Origin: Spirochaetia bacterium
GTDB lineage: Bacteria; Spirochaetota; Spirochaetia; SZUA-6; Bin103
Assembly (NCBI GenBank): GCA_965203905.1
Contig: CBDBDQ010000005.1
Location: 1-64,000, forward strand
DNA length: 64,000 nt
Direction of reading: 5' to 3'
A program made the translations under genes and the position numbers. Of this stretch, positions 1-10,466 are shown piece by piece. The stretch's first letter is position 1, and every line of letters starts with the position of its first letter. The notes beneath the pieces were generated by a model. The model was not told the origin of the DNA, searched no databases, and worked only from the letters and a program-made list of their open reading frames with translations.

Positions 1-499
1 AGTACTGGCGGATCAGGAACACGAAGAAGCCGGGCACGGCGAGAAAGAACGGCACGGTGAGCACGGTATAGGTGTCGATCCAGCCGAGCCAGCGGAACAG
101 CACGAAGCTGGGGATCATGTAGGCCGCGAACGGCAGCATCATGGTGCCGAGCACCAGGGCGAAGATCAGGTTGCGGCCGGGAAACTCCAGCCGCGCCAGC
201 GCGAACGCGGTCCACGACGCCACGATGCCGCCGGCGACCACGTTGATGCCGGTCACCAGGATGGTGTTGAAGAAGTAACGCCCGAACTGGAAGGTGGTGA
301 GCCCCACCACGTAGTTGTGCCACTGCGGCACACGCGGCAGCCAGGCGAAGTCGTACACCTCGTTCTGGGTCTTGAGGCTGGCCGAGACCATCCAGAACAG
401 CGGTATCAGCACCGCCAGCACGATGGCGATCACCACCAGGTAGGTGCCGGCCTGGCCCACCGCGTGCCGCGACCGCGCCCCCGACAGCGTCGCGGGCAT
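1..499 (-). CDS. Carbohydrate ABC transporter permease (MalG-type), partial; runs off the window edge
   Basis: Minus frame from ATG at 499 reads ...YFFNTILVTGINVVAG...AFALARLEFPGRNLIFALVLGTMMLP...; GGGAGG RBS upstream. Confidence 0.9.
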   Translation of the reverse strand, partial: MPATLSGARSRHAVGQAGTYLVVIAIVLAVLIPLFWMVSASLKTQNEVYDFAWLPRVPQWHNYVVGLTTFQFGRYFFNTILVTGINVVAGGIVASWTAFALARLEFPGRNLIFALVLGTMMLPFAAYMIPSFVLFRWLGWIDTYTVLTVPFFLAVPGFFVFLIRQY

Positions 500-562
500 C
501 AGCGCCTCCCTATCCGCCGCATGCCCAACCGCATGCCGCCGCCGGCCGGTCCGCTGCCGCCA

Positions 563-1448
563 CTACGCGGCACCCCGGTAGAACACCCAGGCGCGCGAGC
601 TGCGCAGCAGCCCGAAGGTCATCAGCGCGATCAGGAAGAACAGCACCACGGTGAGCGCGGAGGCGTAGCCGAACTCGAAGTACTGGAATGCGGTGCGATA
701 GACGTTGTACACGAAGAACAGGGTCGCCTTGTTGGGGCCGCCCTGGGTCATCACGAACACCGGCGCGAAGTACTGGAAGTTGCCGATCACCCCCACGATC
801 AGGTTGAACAGGATGATCGGCGTCAGCAGCGGCAGCGTGATGCGCACGAAGCGCCGCCAGGCGCCCGCGCCGTCAATCGCCGCCGCCTCCAGCAGCTCGC
901 CCGGAATCGCCCTCCAGCCCAATGATGTAGAGGATCATCGCACCGCCCGACTGCCACAGGAACATCAGCCCGAGGCCCGGCAGCGCCCACTGCGGCGAGA
1001 ACAGCCAGCCCGGCCCGACGATGCCGAACAGCTCCAGGAAGCGGTTCATCAGCCCCACCTCCGGGTTGAGCACGCGCGCGAACAGGATCGCCAGCGCCAC
1101 CCCCGGGATCACCACCGGGATGAAGATGACGGTCGAGAACAGGTTCTGGTTGGTGCGGATGCGGTTGACCAGCAACGCCAGGGCCAGCGCCACCACCACC
1201 CGTGCCGGCAGTGCCGTGAACACGAAGCTGGAGGTGACGCGCAGCGATTGCCAGAAGTCGAAGTCGCCGAACGCGCGGGCGAAGTTGCCCAGCCCGCGCC
1301 ACTTCATGGCGCCGATGCCGTTCCACTCGTACAGCGCCAGCACGAATGCGCCCAGCATCGGCCCCGCCAGGAAGACCAGGAACCCGATCAACCACGGGGC
1401 CGTGAACACGTACGCGGAGACGATCTCCTGCCGCTTGATCGGGGTCAC
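563..1448 (-). pseudogene. Carbohydrate ABC permease (MalF-type) with a single-base frameshift at about 910-912 (real or sequencing error)
   Basis: N-terminal part (AYVFTAPWLIGFL...ILYIIGLE) and EAA-motif C-terminal part (AIPGELLEAAAIDGAG) lie in different frames; removing one G from CTGGAGGGCGATT joins them. Confidence 0.85.
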
Positions 1449-1492
1449 GCCGCCCGTCCCCGCGCTCGCCGTCTCGACCGACCTGGCCCGAC

Positions 1493-2803
1493 CTAGAATC
1501 CCTCGTCGAGGAGCGACTGCACCTCCTCCTTGATCGCCGTCATCGCCTCTTCGGCCGTGACCTCGTTCTGCCACAACAGCGCGAGCTGGTCGTCCATCAG
1601 GGTGCTGACGCGACCGAAGTTGGGCACGATCGGCTGGGTCACCACCGCCTGCTTGAGGGCGTCGACGCGGATCCAGTTGTTGGGCGGCGCGCCCTCGGGT
1701 CCCTTGCGGAACTCCTCGGTGTTGGCGACGTGCTGCAGCGGCGGGTTGTTGAACCCGGACGAGATGCTGAAGAAGCCCTGGCCCACGGGGCCGTTGATCA
1801 GGTTGATGAACTCCCAGCCGTGCTCCTGACTCTCGCTGGATGCCATCACCGCCAGCCGCCCGCCATACAGCGGCGCCCAGCTTCCGGCCGGACCCTGTGG
1901 CAGGAACTGAATGTCCCAGGGATCCTGCATGTCGTAGATGGTGGGCATCTCGAAGGTATGCAGCATGTACATCGCCGCCGAGCCGTTCTCGAACATGCCG
2001 ACCTGGCCGCCGAACGCCTCCTGCTCCGCGGGCGTGGGATGGGCGCCGTGCTCGTAGATCAGGTCCTGCATGAACTGCAGGGACGCCAGCGTCTCCTCCG
2101 TGTCGCCGGTGAAGGTCATGGTCTCGGTGTCGATCAGGGCACCGCCCCACGCCGCCGGCATGGCGCCGGTGATGCCGAAGCGCCCGCGGTTCAAGCCGTT
2201 GGCGCCCCACTGGTTCTCCGGTTCCGACAGCTTCGTGGCCGCCTCCTGGAACTCGCCTTCCCAGGTCCAGTCGGTGCTGGGATAACCGACGCCCGCCTCG
2301 TCGAACAGGCGCTGGTTGTAGGCCAGGATCGTGGTGCCGGTGCCCAGCGGGGCCTGGTACAGCTTGTCGCCGCGGTCGTAGAAGCCGTCCGAGGAGAGCA
2401 TGGTGAACCAGCCCTGGTAGAGGCCGCGCTGCGGGTCGAAGTAGCCGAGGTCGTCCATCTTGTCGGTCAACTCCACCAGCATGCCGTCCAGCTCCAGCGT
2501 CAGGAAGCTGTTGATGTTGATCACGTCCGGCGGCGTGCCGCCCGCGATCATCGCCAGCAGCTTGCTGCTGTAATCGCCGCCCGGAATGTTGATCAGCTCG
2601 ATGAAGACGTTGGGATTCGCCTCCTGGTAGGCGTTGGCGGAGTTCTCGAACGCTTCCGCCTTGACCGCGCCGCCCCAGAACGTGGCGACCAGCTTGACCG
2701 GCTCGTCACTGTCGACGGCGGCGCTCTCGTCGCCACCGGACGCGGCCAGCGGCAACACGGCCAGCAGACCGGCGGCGATCATCAATAGAACGTATCGATA
2801 CAT
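1493..2803 (-). CDS. Sugar ABC transporter substrate-binding protein
   Basis: Signal peptide MYRYVLL...LAASGGDE; family-1 SBP motifs (LAYNQRLFDEAG, WTWE); upstream of two permeases. Confidence 0.9.
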   Translation of the reverse strand: MYRYVLLMIAAGLLAVLPLAASGGDESAAVDSDEPVKLVATFWGGAVKAEAFENSANAYQEANPNVFIELINIPGGDYSSKLLAMIAGGTPPDVININSFLTLELDGMLVELTDKMDDLGYFDPQRGLYQGWFTMLSSDGFYDRGDKLYQAPLGTGTTILAYNQRLFDEAGVGYPSTDWTWEGEFQEAATKLSEPENQWGANGLNRGRFGITGAMPAAWGGALIDTETMTFTGDTEETLASLQFMQDLIYEHGAHPTPAEQEAFGGQVGMFENGSAAMYMLHTFEMPTIYDMQDPWDIQFLPQGPAGSWAPLYGGRLAVMASSESQEHGWEFINLINGPVGQGFFSISSGFNNPPLQHVANTEEFRKGPEGAPPNNWIRVDALKQAVVTQPIVPNFGRVSTLMDDQLALLWQNEVTAEEAMTAIKEEVQSLLDEGF

Positions 2804-2988
2804 CGTTGCTCCTTTTCCTTTGGCCCTCGCCGGGCCTTGATCAGCCCCAATATTAGGCATCCGCGCGGAACGGGGCAATCGCCGCGCGTGCCGTTATTCA
2901 TCGCCAAGGCGGGCACGCAGGACGCCCCGCTCAGGCCACGGCATGCTATTGGTCGACTAAGTCTGATAGATGGACTACCATGCCCGCC

Positions 2989-3228
2989 ATGGCTACCGTG
3001 AACGTCCACGAGGCCAAGACCCAGCTCTCGCGGCTGCTCGACCGGGCGCACGCCGGGGAGGAGATCGTCATCGCGAAGGCGGGCACGCCGTACGCCCGGC
3101 TGGTGCCGCTGCAAGCCCCTGCTCCACGCACCCTGGGGCGCTATCGCGACCGTGACGGCGCGGTGCCGGACTCGTTCTTCGAGCCGCTCGATGAAACCGA
3201 GCTGGCCTCCTGGGAGGGTGACCGGTGA
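2989..3228 (+). CDS. Phd/YefM-family antitoxin
   Basis: MATVNVHEAKTQLSRLLDRAHAGEEIVIAKAGTPYARLVP is the canonical Phd N-terminus; GTGA overlap with the PIN gene; GACTAAGTC palindrome at 2955-2963 upstream. Confidence 0.92.
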   Translation: MATVNVHEAKTQLSRLLDRAHAGEEIVIAKAGTPYARLVPLQAPAPRTLGRYRDRDGAVPDSFFEPLDETELASWEGDR

Positions 3229-3582
3229 CCCTCCTGCCCGATACGTGCGTGGCTCAGCGGACGGCTTCATGGCCTCCTCCAAGACCCGCACAACCGGATA
3301 TGGGTCAGCGCGGCCAGCGCCTGGGAGATCGCCACCAAGCATCGGATCGGGAAGTACCCGGCCGGCGGCGCCATCATCGTGGAGTGGAGCGACCGCATCG
3401 CTCGCGACGGGTTCCGCCAACTGGACATCTCCTGCGCTCACGCGCTGCGCGCGGGCTCCCTGCCCGGTGAGCACCGCGATCCGTTCGACCGCATGATCGC
3501 CGCCCAGGGCATGCTGGAAACGATCCGGGTAGCGACTCCCGACCCCGCCATCGCCACGCTCGGCGCCGACACGATCTGGTAA
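3225..3582 (+). pseudogene. vapC: VapC/PIN-domain toxin with a 5' deletion and frameshift
   Basis: Start MTLLPDTC is out of frame with ...WVSAASAWEIATK...HRDPFDRMIAAQ...; the usual segment after the DT motif is missing. Confidence 0.85.
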
Positions 3583-3949
3583 CAGGACCTTCGCACGCGC
3601 CATCGCGTCGCCCGCCCGGCGATGTGCCGGGAAACCGGGTGTGGCGGTTTGCCGGGGTCCTGGCATTGACCGTGGATCAGTTGTTACGTCTGGTGAACTG
3701 AACTCGACCTTCGTTCCGATCCGGTAGCGCGAGACCAAGCTGATCTCTCGGAGATAGGCCACAGTACTGTCCGCACCCAGCCACGAAGGTAGCATGACCT
3801 GCCGATTCTGGCCGCTTCGCGGCGCCGCCGACGCTCTGAAGGCGTCCCGGCCGAAGTCGGGTTATACCATTCAGTCCTCTTGGTCTCGCTTCCCCAACTT
3901 CCTCATCAACGCTCACGGAGTTTCTGCAAGAGCCTCCAGCTGGCAAGCG

Positions 3950-4351
3950 TTAGTGGATGGGGCACAGTCGACTCTTCGCCCAGCGAACAACTGTCTCCGC
4001 TATCTCGATCGCATCACGGTACTGCTGTTCGTCGACGGGTTCTGACGTTCCCGGATAGCGTGTATCTACTGCATACGGAGTGAGCTCACCGGCTCTCGCG
4101 AGGTCAGGGGTGACTTCTTCACCTGCTTGCTTCAGCAGTTCCAACAGACGGCCCAGATCGTGCACGTAGGGAAACTCGGTCTTCCGTTTTATCATCACGG
4201 CCTTGATCGCTTTCTCCGCGGCCTGCTGCGCTTCAAAGCACAGGTCTTCCAAGTAGGCACCCTCAACGCGGTTCTTGGCCATCGCCAGATTGCTTTGGGC
4301 GCGGTTCAACCATTCTCGTGGATCGTCGGGCGGGAAGCGCTCAGGCGGCAT
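3950..4351 (-). CDS. HEPN-domain protein (HEPN/MNT toxin-antitoxin pair)
   Basis: CFEAQQAAEKAIKA, HDL and TRYP motifs; overlaps the upstream nucleotidyltransferase gene. Confidence 0.9.
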   Translation of the reverse strand: MPPERFPPDDPREWLNRAQSNLAMAKNRVEGAYLEDLCFEAQQAAEKAIKAVMIKRKTEFPYVHDLGRLLELLKQAGEEVTPDLARAGELTPYAVDTRYPGTSEPVDEQQYRDAIEIAETVVRWAKSRLCPIH

Positions 4352-4670
4352 CGTAGACCACTCTTCCTTCGTGGAGCGCGGGCTTGATGATCAGCGCGTG
4401 ACTGTCCCGGTAGCGTTCTACGTCGTCCGGCGTCACAACGATCACGTCCACCGCTGCACCCACGCCGTGAAGGCGGCGGTAGATCCTCGCCGCTGTACGT
4501 CGTCGGTCCGCGCCGTCTTTCACGACGAGAAGGTCGACGTCGCTATGACGGCCCATCTCCCCGCGCGCGGCGGAACCGAACAGGATGATCTGTTCCGGTT
4601 GAGCGACCGCCACGATGCGCCGGATGATCTCGTCGAGAACTGTTTGATCGAGTGTTCGGCCTTCATGCAT
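4341..4670 (-). CDS. Minimal nucleotidyltransferase (MNT) antitoxin
   Basis: ILFGSAARG...SDVDLLVV Pol-beta nucleotidyltransferase motif; about 109 aa. Confidence 0.9.
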   Translation of the reverse strand: MHEGRTLDQTVLDEIIRRIVAVAQPEQIILFGSAARGEMGRHSDVDLLVVKDGADRRRTAARIYRRLHGVGAAVDVIVVTPDDVERYRDSHALIIKPALHEGRVVYDAA

Positions 4671-4732
4671 CGGGGTCAGCGCAAGCATACGATCTCCTAC
4701 GATCAGATCAAGCGACACCTTCACAACCGTAT

Positions 4733-5965
4733 CTATTGACTCAGCATGCCGAGGAGGACTTCTGCCGCGCGGTCGGCGAATGGCGGATCGTTGATGTTGT
4801 GGTCCAGCTCCAGCACGTCGATGCCGGGCTTCAGGTTGTCCTTGATTGCCTCGTAGCAGGCGCTGTCCGCCTCGGGATCCCAGAATGCGCCGCCCTCGAT
4901 ATCGAGCATCGACACGCCACCAAGGGGCAGGAGTATGGTCACCGGCGCCGACGACGCGTTGGCCGCAGAGGCGATCATCGCACCGATACGCTCGTTCTCC
5001 TCGACGCTGGTACGGAGCAGCGTGCCGGTCGGCGTCCACTGAAACAGATTGCGCCCCCGGTACCGCTCCGGCACCGAGTCGAGGGCACCGAAGTTGGCCA
5101 TGTCCACACAGCCCGGCGCGATCACCGCCGGGATCCCGGCGCGGGAGGCGGCCATGCCGCGCTCCGGCCCGGCGGTGGCCCTGCCGCCGCATACCTCGTC
5201 GGCCAGCTCGGTGGTGGTGATGTCCAGGCAGGCCGCGATGTACCCGTCGGCGATCATGCCTTCCATGGTTCGGCCGCCGATCCCGGTAGCATGGAACACC
5301 AGCACCTCGTAGCCGTGGTCGGTCAGCACGCCGCGGGCGCGGTCGACGCAGGGTGTCGTGTTGCCGAACATCGACGCGGTAATCAGTGGCTTGTCCTGCC
5401 CGATGAGCGGAGGCTCGACGCCGAGCATGCCGGCGATGGCGCCCGCCGCGTTGGCGTACACCCTTGCGCTGATGCGGTTGATGCCGGCCACGTCGACGAT
5501 CGACGGCATCATGATGATGTCCTTCGGCCCGACCACCTCGCGCATGTCGCCGGCCGCAACCGTGGAGACCATCACCTTGGGCACGCCGAAGGGCAAGGCA
5601 CGCATGCCCGCGGTGGCGATCGAGGTGCCGCCGCCGCCGCCCATGCCCAGGATCGCATCCAGCCTGCCCTCGTGGTACAGCCGCCGCGCCACCACCGCCA
5701 GGCCGGCGGCCATGATCGGCATCGCCGCTTCGCGCAGCTTGTTGCGGCGCAGGTGGTCGAGGTCGCCGCCTCCCGCCCGCGCCACCTCCTCGCGCTGCAC
5801 ATCGGCAGGAATGGTCGGCTCACCCAGGATGCCGAAGTCCACGACCAGGGTGGCGAGCCCCTGCTGCTCGATGAGTTCCTTGACGAAAGCGAACTCCCGG
5901 CCCTTCGTGTCCAGGGCGCCGACGATGACGACGGTCTTCACGCTCGGTCGCCCTGCGGCCGTCAT
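4733..5965 (-). CDS. UPF0261 / Tm-1-like ATP-binding domain protein
   Basis: GALDTKGRE, GGGGGTS, LPFGVPKVMVST, SMFGNTTPCV and PGCVDMANFG family motifs. Confidence 0.9.
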   Translation of the reverse strand: MTAAGRPSVKTVVIVGALDTKGREFAFVKELIEQQGLATLVVDFGILGEPTIPADVQREEVARAGGGDLDHLRRNKLREAAMPIMAAGLAVVARRLYHEGRLDAILGMGGGGGTSIATAGMRALPFGVPKVMVSTVAAGDMREVVGPKDIIMMPSIVDVAGINRISARVYANAAGAIAGMLGVEPPLIGQDKPLITASMFGNTTPCVDRARGVLTDHGYEVLVFHATGIGGRTMEGMIADGYIAACLDITTTELADEVCGGRATAGPERGMAASRAGIPAVIAPGCVDMANFGALDSVPERYRGRNLFQWTPTGTLLRTSVEENERIGAMIASAANASSAPVTILLPLGGVSMLDIEGGAFWDPEADSACYEAIKDNLKPGIDVLELDHNINDPPFADRAAEVLLGMLSQ

Positions 5966-6829
5966 CTAGCGCTTCTTGCGCTTCTTGACCGTGTGGCTCT
6001 TGAACCCCTGCAGCGCTCCCATGACGGCCTTCTCCACCGGGATGCGCTCGATGCTCGAAGCGCCGACGAACCCCTGGGCGTCGGTCTGCTCGTACAGCGC
6101 CGCGGTGTCCGCCGGTTCGGCAAACGGCCCGCCGTGCGCCAGGCAGATCGCCTCCGAGTCCGCCGCCCAGGCTCCCTCCATGATCTTCTGGGCTCGCGCC
6201 AGAGCCTCGTCGACCGGATCCGCCGCAAAGCCGACCAGCCCGCCCGAGGTTCCGCCGACGTGGGCACATACCACGTCCACGCCCGCCTTCACCATCGCGG
6301 CCGCGTGCTCCGCCGAGTAGACGTAGCACATGGTGAATACGTCCCGATCCCGGAACGTCCGCACCATCTCGACCTCGCGCGCAAAGCCCCAGGGCATTTC
6401 CAGGTTGCGCCCGGTCTGCTGGTTCTGTCTGCGGATCTGCGGGTTGACGATCTCGCTTCCTCCCTGCGTGGGGAAGTTGATGATCCCATCGTAACCCCGC
6501 GCCACGAATCTGCCACACAGCTCGTCCAGGTCGTAGACCGTCTGGTCGCACGCCTCCACGCCGGCGACGATCGGCGTGTTCCTCACCACGTTGCTGATCT
6601 CGTCGTACATGCTCAGCGTCTGCGGGTTGGCGTGGTCGATGTTGACCGTCTGCAAGCCCCGTATTCGGGACTGCCCGGTGCTGTAGCAGATGATCAGGTC
6701 GGCGCCGCCGACCTCGGCAGCGCGCGCGATCAGGCCGGCGCTGCAGCCGGCACCTACAATCGGCGTGCCGCTACCGATCGCGTCCCGCAGGCGCTCGACG
6801 ATCTCGCCTCGTTCGAACCTCTTCTTCAT
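5966..6829 (-). CDS. TIM-barrel signal transduction / phosphoenolpyruvate hydrolase family protein
   Basis: IVGAGCSAGLIA..GGADLII, NFPT, HVGGTSGG, HGGP and GFVGASSIERIP motifs; usual partner of UPF0261. Confidence 0.88.
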   Translation of the reverse strand: MKKRFERGEIVERLRDAIGSGTPIVGAGCSAGLIARAAEVGGADLIICYSTGQSRIRGLQTVNIDHANPQTLSMYDEISNVVRNTPIVAGVEACDQTVYDLDELCGRFVARGYDGIINFPTQGGSEIVNPQIRRQNQQTGRNLEMPWGFAREVEMVRTFRDRDVFTMCYVYSAEHAAAMVKAGVDVVCAHVGGTSGGLVGFAADPVDEALARAQKIMEGAWAADSEAICLAHGGPFAEPADTAALYEQTDAQGFVGASSIERIPVEKAVMGALQGFKSHTVKKRKKR

Positions 6830-6924
6830 TGCATCAGATCCTTCATGGAGTTGCGTGGCCGTTCAGCATCTTACCTGGATTTCGCGCGTCCTACTGCCTT
6901 CGCCGCGCCCTTCCTCCGCCCTTC

Positions 6925-7755
6925 CTACTTGATGGCACCCAGCGTAAGCCCCCGGGTGACGAACTTCTGCATGGCCGTGGCCAGCAACACCACCGGCACC
7001 GCGACGACCACCGCGCCCGCCGCGATCTGGGTCCACTTGATCGTCACCTCGCCCGTGTACTGGGTAAAGAAGATCGGCCAGGTAGCGCTGTTGTATCCGG
7101 TGATCACGAGTGCGTAGATGAAGTCGTTCCAACTCGTGATGGCGGCGAATATGGTAGCCGCGACCAGCCCCGGGAACGCCAGCGGCAGGACAATCCTGAC
7201 GAACACCTGCGTCATGGAGCAGCCATCCACGATGGCGGCCTGTTCGATCTCCAGCGGAATCGAGAGAAAGAAGCCGTACATCACGAACACCACGTAGGGT
7301 ATGAGGATCGAGATGTGGGCCAGGATCAGCGCCAGGTGGGAGTCGTAGAGCCCCAGCGACGAGATCAGCACGAAAAACGGCACCAGCACCGCCACCGGAG
7401 GAACGAAGCGGGTGAACAGCAGCAGGTAGGCGATCCACTTTCCGCCCTTGATGTCGAGCCGCACCAGGCCGTATGCCGCAACCGAGCCGGCGGCCATGGA
7501 AATCACCGTGGCCATGGTGGTTACCAGCAGGCTGTTGGCCACGTACTTCGCGAATCCCAGGTCGCTGAATACCAGCACGAAGTTGCGCAGGGTCGGAGTA
7601 AACGTCCAGCTTATCCGAAACAGCTCCTGCTGCGTGACCAGCGAAGCCCGCAGCAGCCACAGGATCGGAAACAGGTAGATCGGGACCAACAGCACCGCGA
7701 CGGCGTAGGTGAGCAGGTCTTGCCGGTGGCGGGGCCGGAGCAGCAACGCGCGCAA
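6925..7755 (-). CDS. Carbohydrate ABC permease (MalG-type)
   Basis: IPLEIEQAAIVDG EAA loop; C-terminal GLTLGAIK. Confidence 0.92.
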   Translation of the reverse strand: MRALLLRPRHRQDLLTYAVAVLLVPIYLFPILWLLRASLVTQQELFRISWTFTPTLRNFVLVFSDLGFAKYVANSLLVTTMATVISMAAGSVAAYGLVRLDIKGGKWIAYLLLFTRFVPPVAVLVPFFVLISSLGLYDSHLALILAHISILIPYVVFVMYGFFLSIPLEIEQAAIVDGCSMTQVFVRIVLPLAFPGLVAATIFAAITSWNDFIYALVITGYNSATWPIFFTQYTGEVTIKWTQIAAGAVVVAVPVVLLATAMQKFVTRGLTLGAIK

Positions 7756-7761
7756 TGCAGA

Positions 7762-8628
7762 TCAGGAAGTGGTCGACTGGCGCGCCAGGCCGATCACGAA
7801 CAGAATCGTAACGAACAGGATCAGCGCTGCCATCAGCAACGCGATGGTCGCCGCGTAGCCCAGGTCCAGGTCCGCGAACGCCACTCGCCAGACGCGGAAG
7901 ATCATCGTCTCCGACGCCCCTGCCGGCCCTCCCTGAGTGAGGCCGTAGATGACGCCGAAGTTCCTGAACGACCACACGATGCGAAACGTGACCGCGATCA
8001 GAAGCAGCGGTCGCATCATCGGTATGGTGATCCGCCTGACGGTCTGCCAGGCTGATGCGCCATCTATCTTGGCGGATTCGAACGGCTCCACCGGCAATGA
8101 CTCCAATCCGCCGAGCAGCACCACGAACACGAACGGCACTCCCAGCCACACGTCCACCGCTATGGTGGATTGCAGTGCCAGATGATAGCCGCCGAGCCAG
8201 TCCGGTCCGCTGAGCCCCAGGGAGATGAGGGTGCGGTTGAACACTCCCTGCGCCGGATCGTACAGCAGCTTCCAGATAACGGAAGCGGCCAGCGGCGCGA
8301 TCATCATCGGCAGCAGGAAGATGCTGCGAAAGATCAGCTTCCCCCAGCGCATGCGATTGACCAGGAGAGCCAGCAGGAATCCGAGGAGCAGATTCAGGAT
8401 CACCGATTCGCCCACGAACAACGCGGTGTTTCTGAACGTCATCGCGAACTGGGCGTCGCTCAGCACCTTGGCCAGATTGCCGAGGCCGATGAATCTCGGC
8501 TCGCTCATTGCCACCAGACTGATCCGGTGAAACACCATCCAGATCATGAATCCGAAGGGGTAGAGCACCACCCCCAGCACGAGGACCAGCGCCGGCACCA
8601 GGGTGATGTATCTGAATCTGGGTTTCAT
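7762..8628 (-). CDS. Carbohydrate ABC permease (MalF-type)
   Basis: ESAKIDGASAWQ and LTQGGP motifs; about 6 TM segments. Confidence 0.92.
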   Translation of the reverse strand: MKPRFRYITLVPALVLVLGVVLYPFGFMIWMVFHRISLVAMSEPRFIGLGNLAKVLSDAQFAMTFRNTALFVGESVILNLLLGFLLALLVNRMRWGKLIFRSIFLLPMMIAPLAASVIWKLLYDPAQGVFNRTLISLGLSGPDWLGGYHLALQSTIAVDVWLGVPFVFVVLLGGLESLPVEPFESAKIDGASAWQTVRRITIPMMRPLLLIAVTFRIVWSFRNFGVIYGLTQGGPAGASETMIFRVWRVAFADLDLGYAATIALLMAALILFVTILFVIGLARQSTTS

Positions 8629-8686
8629 GCGTAGCGTCGCGAGAAATAGCCGCCAGCGGCGCCGCTTCCGGCCCGGCCGGCCTGCC

Positions 8687-8719
8687 CCAGGAGCCTGCCG
8701 CAATCCGGCAGGCTCCTGG
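8687..8719. other. Perfect 14-bp stem-loop between SBP and permease genes (mRNA-stabilising or attenuating hairpin)
   Basis: CCAGGAGCCTGCCG-caatc-CGGCAGGCTCCTGG. Confidence 0.65.
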
Positions 8720-8761
8720 TAGAACGGGCGGGCCCGCGGCCTGGTTCAGATGGCGGGCGAT

Positions 8762-10111
8762 CTACTGCGAGTGAAACTCCGCCAGCTTGTCGTTGACCAC
8801 CGTCTCGGCGTCCGCCAGCGCTTCCGCCGACGACTTGCGTCCGAGCAGCGCTTCCTGGACCTCCTTGCCGACCGCCTCCCACAGCGTCTGGTGAACCTCG
8901 ATCTGCGGGCGGGTCCATCCGACCTTGATGCCGTCTCCGGCAGGGCCGTAGTGAGGGTACTTCCCGAGCAGCGCGGGGTCGGTCTGCAGGCTCACCCTGC
9001 CGGGCAGTATGCCGCCGCGGGTGAACTCGACGAAGTTGGCCAGATTCTCCTTGTTGTAGAGGAACTGGATGAACAGGTAGGCCGCTTCGGGCACCTTGGT
9101 CTTGGCGTCGAGCGCGTTGGCCCAGGTCGACACCCAATGCTTGGATTCCTTGGCAGCCGTCACGCGACCGTAGCCCATCTTGCCGACGACCATGGACTTC
9201 TCGGGGTCTTCCAGCACCGAGGGGAAGAATATCAGGTTGCGCATCGTCGCCACCTTGCCCTCCGCCATCAGGTTGGCGGGCTCTCCCCAGCCGTAGTTGA
9301 GCGCTCCCGGCGCGCTGTGCTCCAGCACCTGCTTCATATGGTCGAGTGCCTCGACGCCCTCAGGGGAATTGAACGCCGCCTCGGTGTTGGCGCTGTTCAG
9401 GTAAGCGCCGCCGTTGCGATGCAGCAGGCTGATGAAGTTGTCGGCGGCGAGATCCACCGTGAACGCCGAGCCCGCGCCGTATTGCTCGGCATCGGGCTGA
9501 TGCAGCTTCTGCAGCGCCGCGACCTGGTCGCTCCAGGACCCCGGCGGCTCCAGTCCGGAGTCGCTGAGCAGATCGGTGCGATAGTAGTACAGGTCGGTGT
9601 TGGTCCGCCCCGGCAGCGTGTACAGCTTGCCCTCGTAGGAATTGACCTTGAGCGCGAACTCGGAGAAGTCCTCCCAGTCGAAGTCAGGCTGGTACAGGTT
9701 CGGATTCTCGAAGAACTGATTCAACTCCATCAACCAGCCGGGCTTCACGTACTCGATGAACCAGAAGTCGGGCACGTCGTGCACGTCCCAGGGGTGGTTG
9801 CCCGCACCCCAGGTGACCAGCCGCTTGCGGTGCGACTCCAGGGTGCCGATCACCTCCATCTCCACCTTGATTCCGGTGATTTCCTCGAAGGGAGCGATCA
9901 TCTCCCTCATCCAGGTCTCGCCGAAGCCGGGGTGGCGCATGAACTTGACCGTGGTCCCCTGGTACGGCTTGGCTGCCTTGGCCAGTGTCCACGGGCCTTC
10001 CATGGGCGCCGCCTCCGACGCCGTCTCCTGCTCGGCTGCGGCAAACGCCAGCGCCGGCAACAGCAGCAACAGCGCAACCGGCAACAATCTGAGCGAAATC
10101 GTGCGACTCAT
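8762..10111 (-). CDS. Sugar ABC transporter substrate-binding protein
   Basis: Signal peptide ending LAFAAAEQE; FEEITGIKV and YYRTDLL family-1 SBP motifs; GAAGGAG RBS. Confidence 0.92.
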   Translation of the reverse strand: MSRTISLRLLPVALLLLLPALAFAAAEQETASEAAPMEGPWTLAKAAKPYQGTTVKFMRHPGFGETWMREMIAPFEEITGIKVEMEVIGTLESHRKRLVTWGAGNHPWDVHDVPDFWFIEYVKPGWLMELNQFFENPNLYQPDFDWEDFSEFALKVNSYEGKLYTLPGRTNTDLYYYRTDLLSDSGLEPPGSWSDQVAALQKLHQPDAEQYGAGSAFTVDLAADNFISLLHRNGGAYLNSANTEAAFNSPEGVEALDHMKQVLEHSAPGALNYGWGEPANLMAEGKVATMRNLIFFPSVLEDPEKSMVVGKMGYGRVTAAKESKHWVSTWANALDAKTKVPEAAYLFIQFLYNKENLANFVEFTRGGILPGRVSLQTDPALLGKYPHYGPAGDGIKVGWTRPQIEVHQTLWEAVGKEVQEALLGRKSSAEALADAETVVNDKLAEFHSQ

Positions 10112-10466
10112 AAAGAACTCCTTCAAACGAAAAAGTGCGGAGTCTTTCCCCGAAGTCCGGGTGACTCTGCTCCGGCGGGCCCTCCTCTACCCGTCTCTGT
10201 GGATTGTGGAACGCACAACGTGCGTGATGGACAAACGTGCGTGGCGCTGGCATGCGCCGGCTGCCGGCACCACGGGTCGCGTTCGTGGCCGGATGCGGCC
10301 TCGAAAGCAGGCCGGGAGCTGCGCGGTCGGATGGAGCCGTTGGTGGCTCTCGCGTGCGAAGGTCGAAGGCGCAGGGCATACCGGCTGCGTGAACCGCTGA
10401 TCGGCCGCGGCGCTGGGCAGTGTCGTTACGCATCCTGCGGATCCCCCCCCGAAATCCCAAAAACCC

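Noticed and set aside
515-545. CCGCATGCC twice in a short intergenic region
   Set aside because: Short and GC-rich; compatible with chance or a trivial slippage.
3583-3949. Gap between the two TA modules with an 11-bp inverted repeat (GCGAGACCAAG at about 3729 and 3879)
   Set aside because: No flanking duplication, recognisable ORF or second copy; too little to call a MITE.
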